Shown here: positions 55,202 to 63,745 of the stretch, in pieces
How positions within the stretch are numbered: the first letter of the stretch is position 1
Layout: each line of letters starts with the position of its first letter
Assembly: GCA_900088475.1 (NCBI GenBank)
Contig: FLMG01001693.1
Coordinates: 1 to 63,745 of the forward strand
DNA length: 63,745 nt
Reading direction: 5' to 3'
From: Hyphochytrium catenoides
Taxonomy: Eukaryota > Protista > Hyphochytriomycota
Position numbers and translations under genes: made by a program
Notes under the pieces: model-generated
What the model saw: only the letters and a program-made list of their open reading frames with translations
Told to the model about the DNA's origin: nothing
Databases searched by the model: none

Positions 55202-58200
55202 ATGGCTGGGCCATCGAAAAAGGACCCTGTTGGCCACGTGGCAAGCGGATTAAGTTTCAATCCCATAGGTAAGTGAGAACGTGTAGATAGTATTAGCATG
55301 TTAAGATGGATTCATGATCCCTTTCTTCCCGCTCCAGGATCGTCCGCGCGGCGGGGCTCAGACCTCGAGAACCAAGCGCCAGAGTCATCTTCAACAGGGT
55401 GCCCTGATGGGCCGTATATAACACCTTCCAAAGAGAATCCCCCTGCAAGCACTCAGACGGCACATGTCAGTCCCTTACCATGTTTGAAATGGGGCCTCAC
55501 TCTGGATACTCAGCTTGGAGGCAGGCTTCAGGTACGCTGTATAGGCCCATAATTCAGGGTTACTCTAGGCGCTGACATCACTTCGCATGGCCCCAGACGT
55601 CACCTGGAATACCTCATCGCATTCCACTAGCACCGGAAGACGCCTTCAACGACAAAACAGCCCGCCTCCAGACAAATCTACCCTTTCACCCTGTTCCCCA
55701 CAGGACCGATTTAGGATTGACAACCCTACAGACACAGCTCAACCAAATAACCCTTGACGACCCTGTTCATGAGTCCGTTGCAACTTCGGTGGCTCTCGGC
55801 ATCTTTACTCCGGAGAAACAAGATGCATCTCCCAGTAATGGAGGTGGAAGTTCGATGCTCTACACTACGCAGACAGCAAGCAATGGCACACGCTCCCATT
55901 ACCTAAGCCTACCGTCCCAATCGACAACTATTAACCAACCTTGTGAGACCCATATTAGCTCCTACAGAGTCCACGTTTTCAGTGGTCATCAGTTGAAGGA
56001 GCCGGTGGAGGAGCCACCCGTCTGGCATGAAGCTCCGGCTCCTTTTCTCCCTCTACCAACGCCTAGCGGCCCTGCACTTGACAGGAAGAGTGCCAACACC
56101 GTTCCGTTAGCCTACCGTATGGGCCATACAGCACCTACTGGTAGCAGACTTAACCTGAGGCAGGGGGAAGCTTCCAGATGGAACCGTATGCAGCCTGGCC
56201 CTCGAGTTAGCTATGTAGCTGAAACAAGGCCTCGAGAGTCTGGATGGAATTCAGCTTCCCAGCAGCCTTCAAGCTCTAATACCAGGCGACAAATGCGCAC
56301 ACCGTCATACCGTCCTGAAGCTTTCCAGCAGGCCATAGACCACCGAAGAGACTATAGCCTACAAAGGAGCAATAATCAGATGGATTCTGACATGGAGTTT
56401 GGATCCTCATCCCAGAACAAAGAGCGTCTTGATATGGATCCTGCAAGAGCTGGATTAGCTGGCCATCAGCTCTTTCAGCAAGCACTTGCAAGCAGCGACC
56501 TCTCCTGCAACAAGGAGCATGAAGATGAGACAGCTGAAGCGAAAGCCCAAGCCAAGGACTTTTACAAAGAGTTCAGGTACGTACAACGAGACAGTGAGGA
56601 AGCGTGGCTTTCAGGGGTAACATATTACTCATCACGTCTACCCCTATAGAGCGGCGGAACGACAATCCTTTCAAACAGCCAAGGGCTGCGTACAAAGATG
56701 GTGGAACGACCTCACTCCGACCATCAGATGGTATTTACTAGGTCGTAGTCCTTCATGCATGAGCTAGACCTAAACATGGCCTACCTCTCTGTAGGAGGGC
56801 CAGCTTAGACCTCGCAGAGTTAGCCAAGCGAGAGAATAATTTTGAGGATGCAAGAGAGTTATATCATGAGGCATGTTCCATTCGCTTCTGACGTTGAGTG
56901 GTCAAGCCGACTTTAACCCTCTCATTCTACTTACCAACGTTACTAGCGGCAGTAATCTCACTACTGGCAGTCCCTCCTCTCACTAACATCCGTGGTGGGC
57001 TTGTGCCCAAAACGTTCTAGATTAATCGCAGCCATCCTCTGGTCGGCCAAGCTTGGTTAGAGCATGCTAAGATGGAAGAAGAATGCGGCAACATGGTAAG
57101 CAAGTCTAGCCTTGGGGCTCCCACACACACTGTATTTTACATCGAATCCTTTTTGTCGCGTGTCCGGCAACTTTGTAGCTCGAGGCTCGAAAAATTCTAA
57201 AAGAAGCACTCTGCCATTGCAAGAGAAATGAGAATTTACTCTCAAAGGCTATCAGAACGGAGGAGCGCGTTGGTTAGTGATCACAGTGACACTTTTTATG
57301 TGAATGGGCGGGGACAAACTCTCTGTCTATTGCTCCTTCTTTCCTTAGGCGACCTGACAGCAGCGAGACTTTTGATCGCGGACATGCGAGGTGTTCCGAT
57401 TGAGAAGTCGTGGAAGATTATTCTTGAAGGCGCACTATTAGAAGCGCGAGCAGGTTGGCTGGCCAAACTATTTTTTTGTTGAAACGATGGTCCTTCCCTT
57501 TGTAGTTTACATCTGACAGACTCTCTTCTGACAGACTGTCCGTCCTTCTTTACCACTGACCAAACACAGGGAGGCTTCGCGTGGCCAGAAAGGTTTTCAA
57601 TTTTTTGATGGCAGAAGTGACCTGGTATGGGCCAATCTACTATGAGGCTTTTCGATTTGAAGAAAGAAATTGCAACTTTCGGCGTGCGTATAAAATCATA
57701 CAGCGAGGGCTCCGGGAGCTTCATAGGTAAAATCTGCAGCCTCCTCGACGGATTTCTCGCATCTTTGTGGCCAAGTGTCCTTTGTTAACGGTGGTCGCCT
57801 ACCTTTACGTGAGCATAAGACGTGCCGACAAGCTTTCACGGCAGAGGCAGTCATGGTAGCACTTAGCTTACACGTATATTTATAGGTACGGGCCATTGTG
57901 GTTCGGAGCCTTTCGGATAAAGGAAAAGCTCGAAATAGTGCCTGACAAGCCCATTGATGACACCAAGGTGGAGGAAATAAGACGGCTATTTGCAGCTGCA
58001 AGCAGATCAATCTCAAAGGTAGACAGCTTTCTGTCTTCTACTCTCCTCTTTGTCAATGAGTGCTTCTCCTCAACACTTACATAACAGGAGCTTGTGTGGA
58101 AAGTGTTGTTAGAAGCTGCTCAGTTTGAGGATCGATTAGCTACCCATGGCATCGAGCGAGGGCACGATCTACGTATGGTTGAACAATTCCTGGAAAAAGC

Positions 58201-59970
58201 TAAACAGTGCTACGTAGAGAGTGTAAAGCACTGTCCTGAAAACTTAAGGTAGACAGTTACGCTTTCAGGTGGACGTCACAGGGAGCATGTGATCATGTGC
58301 TTGTGCTCGGTTGCGTTCCCTGTACATAGTAACCGCAAACTCCACTAAAACTGCGCTGGTGGCAGGTGGAAGATCTGGTTGGCTGGAGCACGGACTGAGG
58401 CAGCCCTGGGACAGGTGAGACCTCCTACTTATAAGTTACCCGATACAAGTCCAGTGTCTGAAGAGACGAGCTCACGCGTCTCGCCCCTTCCTGCCATGCC
58501 GCAGATGGAAGCTGCACAGTTGCTTCTCTTGAGAGCTTTGGAGGAAGTGCCAGCAAAGTCCAAAAGCCAGGTGTTAATCGAGTGCGCTAGACTGGAGGAA
58601 CGCCGGTACGACGATAGGATTAACTCTTCCCTTTCACGTATCTACTGGCTGCTCATAATCTTTTTTAATCTTCCCTTCTTTGTTTTTACGGCGGATCTAG
58701 AGGCAACGGTGACAAAGCTAGGCGGATATTGACGAGAGCAAGGGCGGAGATCGGCTATGAATGGAAAGTCTACCTGGAGTCTATTCTTCTTGAGATCAGG
58801 GCTAAACGAGTCACCGAAGCTGTAAGCTACCCCAGAACTGTGTAAACTCTACACTTGCCGTGCTCTGACGCTTTGCTATCTTAGATTGCGGCGGCGGAGT
58901 TGGCGCTGGATGTACATAGTGGTGCAGGCAGATTGTGGGCTCTTCTCATCCAATTAAAGCAGTCAGAGTCCATTGCCGAGCAAGATAGAATCTTTCGCCG
59001 AGCTGTTAGGTAAGAATGTGCCCTGTGGATAGAAAAAGCCACATATCGAGTGGGAGAGAGCCCAAACATGGTATGATCTAGTGTTTCTATTAGCGTTGCT
59101 CCTCTTCTGGATGTAAGTCTTCGCCTCCGCACCTAACAGAATGTGTCACGTTGTCGCTCCACCGACAGGGAAGTGCCCAAGTCAGGGGAAGTCTGGTGCG
59201 AGGGGGCACGGCTCCACCTTAATCCCTTGCAACCCTGCTTTGACCTCACACAAGCGGCCAAATACCTAGACTTTGCCATTTTATTCACTCCTCAGTATGG
59301 AGACTCATTCATAGAAAGACTTCGACTAGAAATCCTGGTCAATTGCGCAAAATTCAACGGAGATGCGACAGAAGAGGATCTCCTTGCCTTTGACTATGGG
59401 TCAATCTTCCGAAAGTAGGGTCTTTTAAGCTGTCCTGCAGGCGGTTCAGGGACTCCCAGTCCTCTTTGTTCGGCGACTCGGGCGCTACTCATTCCTCTTT
59501 GATTTCGCGTTTCTTCCAGTCTTTTCTCTCTGGACGACAACATTCTCCTGAGAGCAGCAAGGGCACTCTGTTGTTGTCTAAGTCTTGCGTTCACTCGCTG
59601 CCCCCACCGCAGGTGCTTGAATGCGGATCCTAACTACGGAAGCCTCTGGTTTTATTGCAAGCTCAACTACCATGACACTGCGCTTGAGATAATGGAGCTG
59701 GTCCTCTCCCGTCTGGTCAAGGAGATCGTCCAATATCAGGCCCTTTACCTGACTGCTCTGTATGGGGGTGACATCACCCGAGCAAGAGCAAAGGAAGAAC
59801 CCATAACGCGCTCGCAGGAGCAATGTACTGAGGATGAAGCGACAGCCAGCGACTTCTCTACGGCTCTTGTAGAGTTCAATCGTACCCTGACAGCATTTCG
59901 GCCTGATCGGGTCATGCCTGAGAGAGAGAGAAAGAGGCTCCTAGGCTATGACTGCGTATCAGCAGTGTAG
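55202..59970 (+). CDS. HAT/TPR-repeat protein with long disordered N-terminus (Prp6-like helical repeats), ~17-18 exons
   Basis: Repeats include AWLEHAKMEEECG, WKIILEGALLEARAG, WYGPIYYEAFRFEE, RYGPLWF, WKVLLEAAQFE, LIECARLEE, WKVYLE, GRLWALLIQL, EVPKSGEVWCEGARLHLNP, FTPQYGDSFIE and NADPNYGSLWFYCK. Exon phases are compatible; the start is uncertain. Confidence 0.85.
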
Positions 59971-60558
59971 GCAAAGAGAAAAAAAGAGAGAGAGAGAGGG
60001 AAAGGAGCCCAACGCAAGGCAGAAGGTGATCCGGTTAGAATTGGCCGCTAATCGGCAGATTACTCTGGCCGCACGGGCAGACCATAGGCATACTCACAGT
60101 AACAGAGAGACACAAGAAAGAGTGGAGGAGACGCCACGCCAGAGGAAGATGAGTTAAGAGGAGAGGAAAGAGTATTGCTTTTCGTGGTCATTTCGGTGAT
60201 AGAACCAGCTACTTCCTAATTTATTGCTGCAGGCACTGCAGTCCGGGGGCTAATGTGTAAAAGGAAAGTTAACCTCCCATCCCAGACCTCATCGCAAGGC
60301 CTTTGACTAGAGAGTCACCCAGGAGCCGAGAAGGAACGTAAAGACCATCCTTATACAGAAAGAACCTAGGGGAGAGAGGGAGAAGAAGAAACAGGCAGAG
60401 TGGGAAAGGAAATGCTTCGAAAGCGGGCGTGTAAGCAGCGTAATGGAAGAGAGTGTCTGTCTTCCTCTTATGATCAAAGCTGGGATTACTCTTAAGTCCT
60501 TATTGCCGGCAACTGGCCCGCCTGGACGTCAAGAGCTAGTCAAGCCTTCAAAGCTGCT

Positions 60559-61869
60559 TCAGCTTCTCATCTTGCGTGCAGACAGAGTGGTCTGCGGGTG
60601 AAGCGGAGGCTTGCCAGAAAGAAGGCGTGAAGATCTGCGAGGCGCGGGAGAGTATTCTGAGAGCAGAGTGCGCGTGGGCGGTGTGTTAATCCGCATTGGG
60701 GCAGGACTTTGAGAGAGAGAAGAAGCATTCTCCTTGTTTGTTGGTGTGACCGGTGTTTCTTTCTCATCGATGTCCTGTGTCTTCACAGTCTCTTCTCTCT
60801 TTTTTCCAAGCGCTTCTCTCTTCTCGTCTTCCGGTGTCTCGTCTATCTGATGCTTCTTCCCTTCTTCTAGTTGCTGCTGCTATTGAGAGGAGAGAGCGTT
60901 GCTCTTTCTTCTCATTCTCTTACGAGGTGGAGACGAGACGTCGTTCTCCACCTCTTTGTCAAGAGAGGAGACACGGAGCATTGAAGTCACGGCTGTTAGA
61001 GAAGCATCGCCTTCATCTCCCAAAACGTCCTTCGCCTTGACGCCTTTGAGGCTGGTTGGCCGCTGGTGAGCTGCCCAGAGCTTGTTGGGTTTAAAGGCTG
61101 CAGCCTGGAACGAGAAGAGAGTGATTGCATAATCACATGTAAGATCAGTGCCAACTGGAATCGGAGAGAGAGAAAGAGGCGAAGGGAGGGTTGGAGGAGG
61201 AAGAGCTAGGAATCGCTTGCAGAACTGTTCCGACATGGCCAGGCGTCACAAAGGCATATCGTAAGATCAACTAGAGTGAGCCAAAGCGGTAGATTTGAGC
61301 ATCGTCGGTAGCAGCGATGCATCAGAAGACGACAAAGAGAGAGAGAGCGCACCAAGAAGAGAGCAGAGAGAGCAAGAGCAGAAGGAAAGAGAGAGGAACG
61401 GAGAGAGAGAGAACGAAAGGGCAAGACAAGTGAGCTATAAGTCAGACTTTACCTTGGATCGAGTCCGCGACTTTCTCTCTTCTTTCCGCTGTTCATTCTT
61501 CTGTTTAATGAGCGCTCTCCGCCGCTCGGCAGCTGGTTCATGTGTAGCTTCAATCTTCCTCTTGCCAATAGCTGCAGCGGAAGAGCCAGGAAGAGAGGAG
61601 GCAGAGGCAGCAGAGAGAGATGAAGACGAAGAAGGCTTGACGCTTCCCTTGGTCTTTCCTCTCTCTTTATCCTTGCCCTTCTTTTCCTTAGTCTCTCGGG
61701 TAGGCCTCAACTGTGTCGGTCGTTCCTCATACTCCCACATCAGCCCTCTCTTTTGGTTCTCTCGCCTGTCCTGGGTTTTGGACTGGAGACAGCGATAACA
61801 GAAATATCACCGTGAGATTTGCGGCAGTGAGTGAGGTAGCGAGCATGAGAGATAGGGAGAGAGAANNNN

Positions 61870-61920
<51 letters not shown>

Positions 61921-62913
61921 CACAGCAGGCAGTCTAGGTAGCTGAAGTTCCCACATTAAGCCTGCGCTTGTAAGTGATCTTCGCCTTTTGTTTCCTGCTT
62001 TCCTTGATCCAGTCCGCACGGAAAGAGGACGCATCTTCAGCCTCCTCCATTCTCTCTTCTCTCTCTCCTCTAATCAAGGAGGCATCCCTCTCTTTCCCTT
62101 GTTCTTGCTCGTCCTGTCTCTTTATTGCTGAAGATCCAGAGGTTTGCGGTGCTTCTTCTTCCCCCATGGACGTGCCTTCTTTTCTCTCTTTCTTTTGTGT
62201 GACTTCCCTTTCTTTCTTCTCTTCCTCCCCCATGGGAGTGTCTCTCTCTTCTCTCTCTTCCTCTTCGGCGCCCTCCGCTCCAGGCTTTAACGGAAGAGAA
62301 GAAGGGCCAACAGGGGGAGAGAGAGGGAGAGACTGTCCTTTCTGTTCTTGGTCCTGGGAGGTTGTACATGCAGGGCAGAACCACTCTCCCTCGGGGATGG
62401 AGGAGAGTGGTGGGTTCAGTCTTTTTATATGGAACTCACCGTCACATCCATCACAGAGGAGGACGTTCTTATCTTCCTCTGCTTCCAGGAGAGAGAGGAT
62501 GAGCTGTTCTCTCTTTCCTACTGCAGGGAGACATTCCTCTTTACAGAGCCTCTGGAGTTCTTTGTGAGAGAGAGACTCTAGCTCTTTTCTCTTCTCTTCG
62601 AGGGGAGACGTGGAATGTGCAGAGGAGAGAGACTCTCGAGAGAAAGAGCTCTGTTTATCTGCAGTTTGAAGCCTTTCTATGAGATCTGGCTTATTCCCTT
62701 TCGTTGGCAGTCCTCTCTCTTTAAGGAGAGCGAGAAGCTCTTCTCTCTTTAGCGAGGAGTAGTCTCTCTCTTCTCTTTTTGGCTGCTGTTCTTCCTTCTG
62801 CACAGTGCTGTCAGATATTCCTAGTTCCTTCTCAATCCGAGCGATGAGACCGTCTTTCTTCTTTACGTCCTCCTGTTCATGAAAAAAGAGAAAGCGAGAA
62901 GACAGTGTGCAGA

Positions 62914-62966
<53 letters not shown>

Positions 62967-62968
62967 NN

Positions 62969-63023
<55 letters not shown>

Positions 63024-63301
63024 GGAGGAGAGAATCCTGTGATTGGGTAAGGACAAGGCGTTAGGTAGGCAAGTAGAACTACATGGGTGGTGCCAGAAGG
63101 CCCAATGGAGACAGCACATGCTGACAGCGGGATGAGAGAAGGAGTAGAAGAAGAGAAATAGAGAGAGAGAGAGAGATTTTCTCTCTTTCTCTCTCTCTTT
63201 GTCCCCCTTACCGGCTCAATCTTGAGCTCGCCACAGAGTTGAAGCAGCTTCGCCTTGGTGAGCCGTCTCAATTGCGCCGAGGTCAGAGAAGCCGATGACA
63301 T
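60559..63301 (-). CDS. Chromatin protein with three SAP-like motifs, a truncated PHD finger and a charged disordered tail
   Basis: SAP motifs: [18 protein letters not shown]...[40 protein letters not shown] and [34 protein letters not shown] part: [32 protein letters not shown]. Linkage of the 3' exons (below 61934) is uncertain. Confidence 0.75.
61860..61918. repeat. (GA)n microsatellite containing an N gap
   Basis: Directly visible, with NNNN at 61866-61869. Confidence 0.95.
62915..63025. repeat. (GA)n microsatellite in the first intron of the SAP gene, containing NN
   Basis: Directly visible. Confidence 0.95.
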
Positions 63302-63745
63302 GGTTGAGTTGTCTCTCGTGACTCTCTCTCTCCCTTCTTTCTTATTTTCTCGCTTTCTCTTTATCTCTCTCTCCTCGGCCTTCTTCTCCAACTCTTGGCT
63401 CTCTCTAGTGTGTCAGTTAGGCCGTGAAAGATCCTCCTTCTATGTTCGACCGCGACCAGGGAGGAGCTAATGCCTGCCGCTCTCCAAGACGTCTCTCTCT
63501 CTTTTTGTCTCTCTTCGGACTCCTTATCTTTGACGCTTGTCGTTGCTTTGTGTCTCCCCTTGTCTTTTTTTAGGTTTGCACGCTGGCTTCGACCTCGTGC
63601 TCCGTCTGTCGTTGGTCTGGGCAAATGACAATCGGTCCAAGGCATTCCATAGCATCGCTATCTCTTCGCGCCACTGTTGGGACCGAGAAAGAGAGTGAGA
63701 GAGAAGGGGGGAGAGAGAGAGAGAAGGGGAGAGAGAGAGAGAGAG

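Noticed and set aside
60880-60882. TAG-to-Gln codon reassignment
   Set aside because: TAG terminates dynein, RRP40 and cytochrome c at their expected ends, and I saw no in-frame TAG or TAA in any conserved exon.

Overview
This is intron-rich eukaryotic nuclear DNA, most likely from a flagellated stramenopile-like protist. That assignment is inferred from the axonemal dynein, the [12 protein letters not shown]-type cytochrome c and the one-repeat-per-exon LRR gene. The standard genetic code is used. By manual splicing I could reconstruct 14 protein-coding genes: a MORN2-like gene (5'-partial), a RUS1/DUF647-family gene, a disordered hypothetical protein, SmF, a ~36-exon 21.5-kb single-headed inner-arm dynein heavy chain (DNAH6-like), GCN5, a conserved unknown protein, a small signal-peptide LRR protein ending in QDEL, RRP40, an ALMT/FUSC-like transporter, cytochrome c, TFIIH p34/Tfb4, a HAT/TPR-repeat protein and a triple-SAP protein with a 'half' PHD finger. 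Most short ORFs in the supplied track are artefacts of (GA/CT)n microsatellites or antisense frames. The main non-routine features are: (i) a decayed LTR-retrotransposon gag relic at 10.66-11.67 kb that has folded back into a ~250-bp-arm inverted repeat, a candidate hairpin/siRNA locus; (ii) a PHD finger that has lost one of its two zinc sites and kept the other intact; (iii) a recurrent TAACGGCC motif upstream of housekeeping genes; (iv) two probable GC-AG introns; and (v) a mosaic of compact-intron and CT-microsatellite-intron domains. I found no CRISPR, rRNA or tRNA. All homology calls come from motif recognition, not database searches.
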